Below are positions 36,701 to 51,800 of a stretch of 64,000 nucleotides of DNA, in pieces; the stretch's first letter is position 1, and each line of letters starts with the position of its first letter. Source of the stretch: Hormiphora californensis (lineage: Eukaryota; Animalia; Ctenophora). The translations under genes were made by a program, and so were the position numbers. Location of the stretch: assembly GCA_020137815.1 (NCBI GenBank), contig CM035360.1, positions 4,712,001 through 4,776,000 on the forward strand. The letters are read 5' to 3'. Below the pieces are notes generated by a model. That model did not search any database. It was not told the DNA's origin and was given only the letters and a program-made list of their open reading frames with translations.

Positions 36701-37864
36701 CCCAAAAAAAAAACCCCTTTTTTTTCCCCCTTTTTTTAAAAAAAAAAAAAAAAATTTTTTTGGGGGAAAAAAAAAAAACCCCCCCAAAAACCCAATTTTA
36801 AAAAAAAACCCCCCAATTTTTTTTTAAAAAAAAAAAAAAAAAGGGGGCCGTTTAAAAAAAAAATTTTTTTTTCCCCCAAAAAAACTTTTTTTTTTTAAAA
36901 AATTTTTTCTAAAAAAAAAAGGGGGTTTTGGGGTTTTTGGGTTTAAAAAAAAAAAAAAAAAAAATTTTTTGGGGGGCCCCCCCCTTTTTTAAATTTTAAA
37001 AAAATTTTTTTTTTAAAGGGGTTTTTTTTTTTCCCCAAAAAAAAAAAAAACCCCCCAAAAAAGGGGAAAAATTTTTTTCCCCCCCCAAAAAATTTGGGCT
37101 TTTCAAAAATTTTTTAAAAAACCCCTTTTGGGTTTTGGGGGGGGGGGGAAAAAAAAAAAAAAACCCCCCTTTTTTCCTTTTTTTCCTTTTTTGGGGGGAA
37201 GGGGGGGTTTTTAAAAAAAAAAAAGGGGGGGGGAAAAAAAGGGGGAAGGGAAGAAAAAGGGGGGGGAAAAAAATTTCCTTTTTCCCCCTTTTTTTTTTTC
37301 CCCCTTTTTTTTTTTTTTTCCCCCCCCCCTTTTTTTTTTTTTTGGGCCCCCCCCCCCTTTTTTCCCCTTTTTTCCCCCTTTGGTTTTTTTTTTGGGGGGG
37401 GGCCCCTTTTCCCCCCCCAAAAATTTTGGGGGGGCCCCCCCCCCTTTCCCTTTGGTTTTTTTTTTCCCCCCCCCCGGGGTTTTCTCTCGGGGGGGGGGGG
37501 GTTTTTTTTTTTTTCCCCTTTTGGGGTTTTTTTTTTTTTTCCCCCCCCTTTTTGGGGGAAGGGGGTTTCCCCCCCCCCCCAAACCCCCCTTTTTTTTTCC
37601 CTTTTTGGGCCCAAATTTGGGCTTTTTCCCAAAAGGGGGGGCCCGGGGTTTTTTTTTTTTCCCCAAAAACCCCCCCCAAAAAAACCCCTTTTTTTTTAAA
37701 ACCCCTTAAAAAAAATTTTTTTTTTCCCCCGGGGGGTTTTGGGGCCGGGGGGGCCCTTTTTTTGGGGGGGGGAAAAAAAAGGGGGGGGGGGGCCGGTGGG
37801 GGGCCCTTTTTTTTAAAAAAAAAAAAGGGCCCCCGGGGGGAAAAGGAAACCCCCCCCAAAATCT
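30750..37864. other. Homopolymer-inflated, low-quality sequence (probable assembly or read artefact)
   Basis: Almost entirely runs of A/T/G/C. ORFs are K/F/G/P junk, and normal sequence resumes abruptly at 37865. Confidence 0.85.
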
Positions 37865-40046
<2,182 letters not shown>

Positions 40047-40558
40047 GAAGTGAATATGAAGTGAATGTGAAGTAGCTGGAATAGGTGAATATTGTGTGGA
40101 GTAGCTTGGAATCTTGTGTGAGTTTTTTGACAAATCGAGAACAGAATCTAATGGAAAACATGATATTCACACTCTCACACACTGCTGCACCATATCATGA
40201 CATCATGAGACACTGGGCACCACACACACCACACTGTATGCTAACACGTCACTGAACTAACATCACATGTTAGTGACGTCACAGACCACACGTTAGTGAC
40301 ATCACACACTAAGTCATGTTAGTGATAAAGACTAGACATCACGTGGCTTACAATCGCTGCAGTAATATCACTCACTAGTTAGTTATAGATACCTAGAACA
40401 CATGAAGCATGAGTTGGTCTGGGTAGAGCCTAGAGGAGGGAAGATAAACATTTAATGTACAATTAACATAATGAATGTACAATTAACATAATATATAGCA
40501 CGTCACAGCTGCAAGGTACAGAGCAGAGGGCGGCATGTTATGTTGGTCATGTTTCACA

Positions 40559-40663
40559 GACCTGGGTACGTGCCCTGGGTACGTGATCTGGGTACGTGAC
40601 CTGGGTACGTGACCTGGGTACGTGACTTGGACACGTGACCTGGGTACGTGACCAGGGTACGTG
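40559..40663. repeat. 13-bp tandem repeat cctgggtacgtga, about 8 copies
   Basis: Directly visible. Duplicated at about 45020-45125. Confidence 0.92.
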
Positions 40664-41124
40664 AAACACGACCATGGTTGCAACAGGTAGTGTTAGTCAG
40701 TCTTTGTAGTCATGTCAAACAATAATTTTAACACGGTTTGGGTACGGAATAGATAGTATAATTAGCCATGCACCAAGTACTGTAATGTATCACCTCCTGA
40801 TATATATCTTCAATTTACAGCCTTTTTGATCAATTTGTGTCACACAAACATACACACGCTAATCACCCAGCTATTAAGTATATATTTCTTGCAAGAGATT
40901 GATAGCAAAATGTACACGCACACACAGTTTACAGGGCATAGCACGCTGAGAAACTCACTCAAAGTGCTGGGGGGTTGTTTATAACTTTGTTTGGGCATAG
41001 TTCTCAAAATGTGCGCCTGGGTATGGTTTCCTGCAAAGTATAGTGGAGTTGTCAAATAGTTGGGAAATCAGTTTTGTGTGTGTGTGTATTGTCAGTGACA
41101 ATTTGTCACGCGTCACGCGTTGAG

Positions 41125-41281
41125 ATTGTCACACGTGATAAGGTTTGTATTGTCACGCGTGATAAGGTTTGTATTGTCACGCGTGATAAGGTTTGTATTG
41201 TCACGCGTGATAAGGTTTGTATTGTCACGCGTGATAAGGTTTGTATTGTCACGCGTTATAAGGTTTGTATTGTCACGCGTT
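41125..41281. repeat. 24-bp tandem repeat attgtcacgcgtgataaggtttgt, about 6.5 copies
   Basis: Directly visible. IVTRDKVC periodicity in the ORF track. Confidence 0.93.
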
Positions 41282-41465
41282 GTGTAATGTTACGTTACGT
41301 ATAGTTGTGAGATATGATTCACTTCAGCAACAAACATAGATCTCAGCTCAGTATGTATAAAAATATAAACTAACAAAGATAATAAAATTATAGTCCGTCT
41401 CTGAGCAACTTATTCAGTCATTTGGCTATATATGTAAGTATTCGAGTCAGTCCTATTTTGTAAAG

Positions 41466-41880
41466 TCAAGTAATCCCCCTAAATTTAATCCAAAAACCCC
41501 CTGTTCCCCCTTCTGGTGTAGAAGGAGTAGCAGACCTCTGTCGGCGGTTAGGGGTAGGCCGACCTCTCCTAACATCTGATATAGGCTTTGGAGCCCCAAG
41601 ATCACCAAAATCTTCCATTTGAACAACTGGGTTTGTTGCTAAGTTACCAGTTTCAGTAAAGTCAGTATTTGCTTTGTTTTGGATCACCGTTGTTACAGGA
41701 GGTGGCATGTAGTTGGCACATGTCACGTCTGCTGAATAACGATTGGAACTTCTTAGTTGTATACCACCCCCTGCACCCCCTAACTCAGTCTGATTGGGTC
41801 TGTCATAGTGGGTCGTCTTCAGGGCGATAATCCGCGCTCTAAGTCTGTCATAATTTGTCCCGGCTGTGTAGCGAGAGACC
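41466..41880 (-). CDS. Terminal exon of the prominin-like gene (cleaner duplicate of about 45885-46298)
   Basis: Acceptor ttcccag at 41881-41887. The frame continues NREW|V...YDRLRARIIAL...GIT*. Confidence 0.6.
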
Positions 41881-42520
41881 CTGGGAAATATGTTGTCGTC
41901 AATTATCAGTTATGTGTGTTTGTTTTAGGGTAAATTGTGGAGTGGTATATTACTAAAGTGTGGTCAGTCATTTGAAGCCAGTTCAATATTGGTAGTAATG
42001 TAAAAGGGAAATGTCTGTATAATTGTAAAGGGGGTCGGGTTATTGGTATCACCATGCACCATGCACCTAATAACACATGTACAACTAAGGGGGGGGGGGG
42101 GATTATCACAAACATATAGAAGCTAATTAGCACGTGTTATAGTGGCCAAGGTTCACCCGAGTCAAACCACACAATTGATTGCCTTGCGCGACCCGCTTTC
42201 CGTGCGCTTACAAATTTGTAATTGAGGGTTAGAACATAACAAACAATTGGCATGCATAACTGTAGGGATAGACCCTTTACTTGTTATGTTCTAACAGTGC
42301 TGCTTGCAGTCAAAATACGGTAACGCAAAATACAGTAAGGAGACGCGCACGGTGCATAACGTGCGGCAAAAAGTTCATGTGTCAGCACGTACTAGCGCCC
42401 TGATTGGTCACGGTTGCGCGTCGTCTTACTGTATCTTCGTTTTCCATTACCGTTTTCCCACTACAAGCGACCGACTAACCTGCTCCTTTACATTTGAAAG
42501 AAGGGCATGCGCCACGGAAC

Positions 42521-42620
42521 NNNNNNNNNNNNNNNNNNNNNNNNNNNNNNNNNNNNNNNNNNNNNNNNNNNNNNNNNNNNNNNNNNNNNNNNNNNNNNNN
42601 NNNNNNNNNNNNNNNNNNNN
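42521..42620. other. Scaffold gap (100 N)
   Basis: N run. Confidence 1.
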
Positions 42621-45600
42621 GACCGACCGAGAGAAGATGAGACCGAGAGGAGATGATGAAGAGAGAGAGAGAGGGTGGTTGATTGAACATATATGCGGTG
42701 AATATAGGGGAAATGGGGAAATGAAAACGTTCTTCTGAGATGGGAGTATCCGCCACTGTCTCATCCAGCTCTGTTCCCATAATTGGGCCTTGATACCATG
42801 GAGGCTTCTGATCGTGGCTGCAGAAATGTGCTATGATATATCCAAAAGCCGAGTGGTTGCTGTCCGTTGTGTCCGCCCGCTTGGCTATGGATGATATCCT
42901 GGTGCCCTTAGTGCTCGACCATTTTCAGTGAGGAGGATTAGAACATAAAAGATATCCTAGTAGGGCCAGTGAGAAATATAGATAAGCTAGTGTGTGCTCT
43001 GTGTGGTTGAGGCGCCGGGGGGGCTTCCTGATAGGGCATTGAGAAAGATAGATAGGGCCGCATGTGGAGGTGATCCCTTGGTGACTTGGTGTGTGTAATC
43101 TAAGAAGAGCTTGATCAATGAACCTCAGAGTTATTTCCAAAAAGGTATAGAAAAAAGGTTAGACCAATCAGGAAGACTCGGACAGTATCTCTCACACTAA
43201 CCCGGTACAATAATCTCGAAAATTCCCTCTTCTTCTTCGACCTTTACTGGTGGGGGTTTTTCCGAGGAGGGCAGGGGCTGGTGGCGCTGACAATTTAACT
43301 TCTCCATTCTAGCAGTAGAATATCACCGGGGAGGGGTGTTTCAGCGTCGCTTAGGAATTAGTTGTTGGTGAGGGAAGATAGTTGTATCGATCGTGAGGGG
43401 GAGAGAGAGGAGGAGCCAGGAGGAGCAGAATGAGATTGAGACTAGCAGGGGCGGGGGTCCATTAAGATAATGCGTTTATGGTTGAGACTGGAAGAATGTT
43501 GATGGAAAAAATATATGGGGGACAAAAAAAAAAGTGAGGAATTGACATAAATAGGAATGAAAATTAACCTGATCTGGTGACGTGATTGCGTAGTGAGTAC
43601 ATTAGTAGCAATCAGTTTTTGGAAATTGAGGTAATTTCCGGCTCGTTCTTGGGGGTTTGCAGGAAGTTGGGCGCTACTAGTAGAAGTGAGGGAGTGAGTA
43701 GGATGTGAGGGAGGCATGTGAGTGGAGTTGGGGAAGGGAGGGTGAGGGTGAGGTTGAGTGATGGACGTGAGTGAGTGAGTGATGAGGAGTGAGTGAGGTG
43801 TGTGACGTGAGAGAGTGAGGATGTGAGGGTGGAGTGAGTGACGTGAGTGAGTGAGTGAGTGAGTGAACGTGAGTGAGTGAAGGATCAGTAGTGAGTGAGT
43901 GGGCTGGAGTGAGGAGGAGTGAGTGAGTGAGTGAGTGAAGGGAGTAGTGGTGAGGAAGTGAGAGATGAGTGAGTGATTGAGTGATTGAGGGAGTGAGTGA
44001 GTGAGTGAGTGAGTGATGAGTGTAGTGAGGAGTGATTGAGGTGAGTGAGTGTAGTGAGTGATGTGAGTGAGTGGTGAGTGAGTGAGTGAGTGAGTGGTGA
44101 CGAGTGAGTGAGTATTCAGTGAGTGAGTGGGACGTGATGTGAGTTGATCGTGAGTGAGGTGAGTGAAGTGAGTGAGTGAGTGAGGGTTGAGTGAGTGAGT
44201 GAGTGAGTGAGTGGAGTGAGTGAGTGAGTGAGTGGCTGAACTGTGTGTAGTGAGTGAGTGAGTGGATGGTGCGTGAAGTTGAGTGAGTGAGTGAGTGAAT
44301 CACTGATTCAGTGCGTGATGTGAAAAAAAACTTGTATTTCACCTAAATTAGGTGTCCCAATTCATAAAACTGTCGTGAGAGGGCGAGGAGATGAGATGAC
44401 AGTCTTTTTTAGTGGACGTGGCTGATGATGGTGATGGGACCTTGACTTCAAATTCGAGACAACATCTCTCTGAAGTGAATATATGGAATTGAATGGTGAA
44501 GTAGTGGAATAGGTGAATATTGCGTGGAGTAGCTGGAATCTTGGGTGAGTTTTTTGAACAATCGAGAACAGAATCTAATGGAAAACATGATATTCACACT
44601 CTCACACACTGCTGCACCATATTATGACATCATAAGGCACTGGGCACACCACACTGTATGCTAACACACCACTGAACTTTAACATCACATGTTAGTAATG
44701 TAGTATCACTAACTAACACCACATGTTAGTGATGTCACAGACTACGTCACAGACTAAGTCACACCACATCACACACTTCGTCATGTTAGTGATAAAGACT
44801 AGACATCACGTGGCTTACAATCGCAGGTAATATCACTCACTAGTGTTATAGATACCTAGAACACATGAAGCATGAGTTGGTCTGGGTAGAGCCTAGAGGA
44901 GGGAAGATAAACATTAATGTACAATTAACATAATGAATGTACAATTAACATAATATATAGCACGTCACAGCTGCAAGGTAAAGAGCAGAGGGGCGGCATG
45001 TTAGGTGGTCATGTTTCACAGACGGGTACGCTGCCTGGGTACGTGATCTGGGTACGTGACCTGGGTACGGACTGGGTTACGTGACTTGGACACGTGGACC
45101 TGGGTACGTGACCAGGGTACGTGAAACACGACCATGGTTGCAACAGGTAGTGTTAGTCAGTCTTTGTAGTCATGTCAAACAATAATTTTTACCCGGTTTG
45201 GGTACGGAATGAGAGTATAATTAGCCATGCACCAAGTACTGTAATGTATCACCTCCTGATATATATCTTCCAATTACAGCCTTTTTGATTCAATTTGTGT
45301 CACACAAACATACACACACGTAATCACCCAGCTATTAAGTATATATTATTGCAAGAGATTGATAGCAAAATGTACACGCACACACAGTTTACAGGGGCAT
45401 AGCACGCTGAGAAACTCACTCAAAGTGCTGTGGGGGTTGTTTATAACTTTGTTTGGGCATAGTTTCAAAAGTGCGCCTGGGTATGGTTTCCTGCCAAGTA
45501 TAGTGGAGTTGTCAATAGTTGGGGAATCAGTTTTGTTGTGTGTGTGTATTGTCAGTGACAATTTGTCACGCGTCACGCGTTGAGATTGTCCACACGTGAT

Positions 45601-45884
45601 AAGGTTGGTATTGTCACGCGTGATAAGGTTTGTATTGTCACGCGGTGATAAGGTTGATGTAGCGTGTAGTGTATGGTCACGCGTGATAAGGTTTGTATTG
45701 TCACGCGATCGTTTGGTTTGTTTGTCCGGTTGTGTAATGTTCGTTACGTAGTTGTGAGTTGTTCACTTCAGCCCCAACACTAGATCTCAGCTCAGTCAGG
45801 TTCCATAATCCAGATAATTATGTCCGTCTCTGAGCTTTTCAGTCATTTGGCTATTATGTAGATTCGCGTCAGTCCTATTTTGTA

Positions 45885-48800
45885 GTAGTAATCCCCCTAA
45901 ATTTATCCCAACCCCCCCTGTTTCCCCCTCTGTGTTGTAGAAGCGAGTAGCAGATCTCTGTCGGCGGTTAGGAGTAGGTCGAACCCTCCTTACATCTGAT
46001 ATAGGCTTTGGAGCCCCAAGATCACCAAATCTTTCATTTGAAAAATGGATTTGTTGCTAAGTTACCAGTTTCAGTAAAGTCAGTATTTGCTTTGTTTTGG
46101 ATCACAGTTGTTACAGGAGGTGGCATGTAATTCGCACGTGTCACGTCTGCTGAATAACGATTAGAACTTCTTAGTTGTATACCACCCCCTAACTCAGTCT
46201 GATTGGGTCTGTCAGGTCTGTCATAGTGGGTCGTCTTCAGGGCAATAATTCGTGCTCTGAGTCTGTCATAATTTGTCCCGGCTGTGTAGATAGATACCCT
46301 GGGAATAATATGTTGTCGTCAGTTGTCAGTTCTGTGTGTTTGTTTTAGGGTAAATGTTGCAGTGGTATAAATCAAAGAGTGGTCAGTCATTTAAAGTTGG
46401 TATTAGTTAGTTAATATTAGTAGTAATTGGTAATGTAAAAGGGAAATGTCTGTATAATTGTTATAGAGGGGTCGGGTTATAATTGTTATTACCATGCACC
46501 ATGCACCTAATAACACATGTACAACTAAGGGGGGGGGGATTATCACAAACATATATAGAAGCTAATTAGCACGTGTTAGTGGCCAAGGTTCACCCGAGTC
46601 AAACCACACAATTTATTGCCTTGCGCGACCCTCTTTCTTTACGAATGTAAAGGAGGGTTAGAACATAACAAATAATTGGCATGCATAACTGTAGGGATAG
46701 ACCCTTTACTTGTTATGTTCTAACCCTCCTTTACATTTGTAAAGAAGGGGGCAGGGCGTGCGGAACAGAGTCTAGCTAGGCAACCCTTGACCACCTGGAT
46801 TTGCAATGTTCATACTGCTCAAACACAGCATGATCAATCCAAATTGCACGTCCTGATATTAGCAACAAACACTGATAACTTACACCCGGTTCGAGTGACC
46901 GAACTGTGTTGAGGAGGGATACTTGTCAGCATTAATGGGCCTATTTTAGCAGAGAGAGGGAGACATTTATTAAATGGGCAGCTAATGGTGTCAAGAGAGG
47001 TGTTAAATGGAGGGAGCATTATAACTCTTAATAACATCTTGAATAATGTCAAAACAAGGATCTCACATGCACGCATACATAAATAACACGCACCGAAAAG
47101 CAGGGAATATCTTGTTTTGTTCAAAGGGAGGGTCGAACAAGGCAGGGAATATCTTGTTTTGTTCGGGGGGAGGGTCGAACATGGACTTACATTGAGTGAG
47201 GGAAGTGAGAAAAAAAACAATGCAAACTTTATAGTAACGACCTTCCCCAATCTCTGGCGAGAAAAAAGGGAAGCACGTTGCGAGTATCATGACGAAATAA
47301 AACACGTATTATTCTGAATAACACGTGATTTATTTCGTCATTATAAATGAACAATTAGCAGACCTACCATTCTCTGTTGACGTCATTTGGGTGGAGGTTT
47401 GGGTAGTTGATGAAGTAGCGGGCAAGACACCGCGAGATGCACATGTAGAAGAAGAGAGAGATGCCAATTAGGGACAGTGAACAGTATATCAGGGTCTAGG
47501 GGTGGTGGGGTGTTAGAAGGAGTTTAGAGATGTGATACAAATTCACTGTGATATACGATATAATGAGCTTCATTAATATGTATTACAAAACAAGCCAGTT
47601 CTTGTCGAGCAGCCCCACACCCCGTTTGGAGTCTTTTACTGTTCATGGCAGGTCTTTTACTGTTCATGGCAGGTTCCCAAACACAACTTACAATATGGAT
47701 CAATATTGAATCGCAGGAGTAGTTGAAGACAGTCTTGTAAAGGGCTGATAAGGGCTGGCAGTTCACTAGTGTTGTCTGGAGCTGGAGGAAGAGATAGTCC
47801 ACAAAGTCGTTGATATCGCTCGTGGCGCCAGCCAGCGCTAAATCAATTTGCTGGGAGGGAAGGGATGGGGGTCAGGGTGCAAGGGGGGGGGGCCGGCTGA
47901 AGTTTTTGAAGTTTTTGAAGTCGACTTCAAAAACTTCAAAGAGAAACTTAGGGTGGAAAACTTCAAAAACTTCAAAAACTTCAAAAACTCATATCTCCGA
48001 AACCGTTGGAGATAGGCCCTATGTTGCTTCATAACTCTTATATAAACTTGCATATTCTGGACAAGTTACACCCCTTAGAAAATCCTATAGACACTCAGAA
48101 ACCATTGAAACCGGTCTAGCCCAAAAAAAGTCATGCGCACACACAAAATTTTGAAAATATCCCATTATCCCTCGAATTAGATGAGGTGGAGACTTCATTT
48201 TGGCACGTACCCCCACTAACTCGAGGCCGCTGATGATTTTGGTGTCCATATTTTTTTCGCTACTCCCTTCATAAAAAAATTGCGTTTTGTGAAAATGGCA
48301 AAAAGGGTGTGGCCCCAAAAAAATTTTTGAAAATTTACTTTATAATTTTTAAACACTTTCTTTGCATTTTCTAAGCAATTTTTTGAGTTATAGAATGAAA
48401 ATGAAATCTGTTTTTACAAAAAATTTAAAATTTTTACACCAAATTATCCCATGAATTTCATGGCTAGGAATCATTGTAAATATCCTAATTTGTGGTAGAA
48501 AAAGGGCAGACAAGGACGGATAACTTTGCCACAATATGTATTAAGCATGAAACTACCCTAAACAAGTGTAATAATAGTCACTGATAGCATATAAAAGTAG
48601 TTTAGAGTTTTTGAAGTTTTTGAAGTTTTTGAAGTCAACTTCAAAAACTTCAAAAACTCAAAAAGTAGGGTGGAAAACTTCAAACTTCAAAAACTTCAGC
48701 CGGCCCCCCCCCCCCGGGTGCAATAAAATCAGATGTACAGCTGTTATACACGTGGTGGAATAACTCAGCACCCTTTTTATCATAACTAACAAGATATAGA

Positions 48801-51800
48801 GAGTAAGTAAGTAGTAAATTTAGTAATAAACCTACTAAAACACAAACAAATTACTTACTAAATACTAAACACTAAATACTTACTAAACACTAAAAAGTAT
48901 TACTAAGTAGTATGATCTACTAAAACACTTACAGTAATGAGAATATCCTTGATGAACTGGTCAGTAAGAATAGAAGTAAAGGAACTAACACCATCAATAA
49001 CATTAGTAATGTATCCCTCTGCTGTAGTCGCATTTCCTTCCATGTATGTTATCTGGCTTAGTACAGTCGGCTGTGTGTGGTGAATTGTTAATTAACCATG
49101 GTGTGAGTGAATATCATGGTGTAATTAAAGTGATTTCCGATCATAACAGGGATAAGGGAATATTTCACTATAGTATCAGCGACTCTGTCCCCCGATCGGG
49201 TCATCGGGGTATGGTGACTAGTGAGAGGGCCCGTAGGGGATCGATCAATGCTAAATAATGTACCTTTGCAGTATCGATGTTGCTTGAGGCAGTTTGAATG
49301 TAATCTAACCCAGTAGCACAACCAGTCAAGTTGTAGTCCTCGGCCTTGTCGGTACCAAAATTAGATATCATAGTATCTATCTTACTCTGTACATCCGTCA
49401 GATTACTCAGACCAGTTAGAGCTGTATGGAGGGGAGGATAATGTGTTAATATCAACCAACTGTATGGAGTTGTTTTGGTGTAGTTAACAGAAGTATGGAG
49501 GGAAAGATAATAAGTGTGATAACTGGGTTAATCAACTAAGCATCCTGATTAGGAACACATTTATCTAGTTACATGGTTTTGATGATATCCATCTACTTAC
49601 ATGTGTTGGCGATGGCGTCCTTAACAGAATCAAAGCCGAATGTGGATGTGAGGGCATTCTTATTCGTCTCCAACTCAGATGTGTTAACATGAGAGAAATC
49701 CAGACTGAGGCCGTCCACAATTGAAGATGCGTTGAACTTATCTACCTCCTGGGAAGATCAGAGGATGTTATACACCTCTTTTCATCATTACAAATATGTA
49801 CACTCATGTGCACCCCCGATAAATTGGGTTCCTACCCACTCTTCTTTAAATTGAATATATATTTATTCACCCTCTTCAAACTGGATTTGGTACGGCATAG
49901 TTACTCGGAACAGCTTGGACCGAATGAGATCATTGTGGAGATAGTCATAACAACATGGCACTTGCGGAGATAATCATAACAATCTGAACTGTTAAGAAGA
50001 GATAGTCACAACAACCTCTACGTTTAACACGAGGAATCTACGTCAACCCGGATTCTAGGAAGAGTATTTATACTACGACGAGGACGGAAGAAGGAGCGTT
50101 GTCAAGATCGATATCACGAGCGATCACTGAGCTAAAACACCGAAGACTATACAAATTCTTGTCGAATAATTCATTTCGACAGATCTGTTTATTTCCGTGT
50201 TCCTTACCCCAGAACCAATCTATCATCGCTCACCCATTCACTAACCAGCGCTACATACACCCTTAACATAAGTGGAGCCTGATACAAAGCGAACCACTAC
50301 TCCAAAAAATATAATAATAATAATAATAATATTAAGTTTTGTATACCGCCACAGACACGACAGGGCCAGATAAGTAAAACTGTACCTGACACTGACGAGC
50401 TTCAGAGCGGTATACCTAACGCAAAAAAAGATCCTTATATTCTTACACACTTTGGAAAAACTCACTCCTAATTGTAGATATACTAAAAAGATAACTGGTC
50501 ACATAACTTTCAAAAAACTGATGAGATGGAAAAAATACAGACTTTATTAAATAAAGGGAACAAAGCCAACAACCCACACTTATCAGCAGCTCAACAATAC
50601 TGATAAAAAGCCCTAAGTGTAAATGGTGAGCACACCTAAAGGCCGCCTACTGACAGATGGGGAGTCCGGTGATCAACTCAGACGCCACACCGGGAGTCTT
50701 CAGGGGTAGGAGCTGGGAACGCTTCAAGGAAAAGTCTGGTTTTCAACTTAGATTTGAACAACTCAATGGGGTGTACAGATCTCAGGTCCAAAGGCAAGGA
50801 GTTCCAAACTGTCGGTAGAAACACCGAAACCCTCCTCCTCCTCAGTTTAGAGTTTGCATTAACGCTCGAGAGTTTAGGATATTTCAGTTTGTAGAAGTCA
50901 ATTACTGAATTCGCCCTCGTTGGTCTCATACCCAGAATATCATCGTCTCTAGGGACCAGTTCCTGTAAATACTCCGGAGCTGTTCCACGTACAATTTTGT
51001 ACGCTAACAGGCAGGCCTTGAAGGTTAGTCTCTGCTGTATTGGGAGGATATGAGCTTCCTTGAAATACTCATCATAGCTATCCTGATGTCCTCGTAAGTT
51101 ATAGATGAACCGTACACAGGAGTTCAGAACCTTTTGAAGGTTGTTCAGAATCCGTTTAGGGAGTCCAAAGTACAGGATATTACAGTAGTCTATCTTTGAT
51201 ATGACTAATTGCTTCACAAGAAGAATCCGTGTGCTATTATCCAAACACTTATTGAGTTGCCATAGGTTCTTGAGTTGCAATCCACATTGTTTCTTAACAT
51301 TGTTCACCTGCCTCTCCAGGGTGAGATGCTCATCCAGAAGTATTCCTAGAGTCTTCCCTGTGCTACCTTTGCATTCCATCGGCTGCAGCACTGTACCTCC
51401 AAACCTGATTTCCGGATCAAATACCAGCTTCTCAAGAGAACTCGACTTTCCAAGAAGAACAAACTCAGTCTTACTTTCATTACATTTGAGCCAATGTTGC
51501 ACCATCCAGTCCTTAATGGAAGCAAGGCACTCCTCAATACTATTCTTCGTACCTTTCCACCCTTCACTATCCGTTGGGACAAGTCCAACATACAATTGGG
51601 AATCATCTGCATACAGCTTTATCATTAGACCATACGGTCTAGCAATATCCTGTAGCTCCTCTATGTACAAACAGGAACAGTACAGGACCCAACAAAGATC
51701 CCTGTGGTACTCCACAAATGAGAGCGATGACCTCCGAGAGTTCACCATGAACATTCACTCTGTAACTCCTGGAACTCAGATAACTCTTAAACCACCCAAG

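Noticed and set aside
43677-44342. His/Ser/Leu/Thr-rich 221-aa ORF
   Set aside because: Error-laden copy of the (TCAC)n microsatellite.
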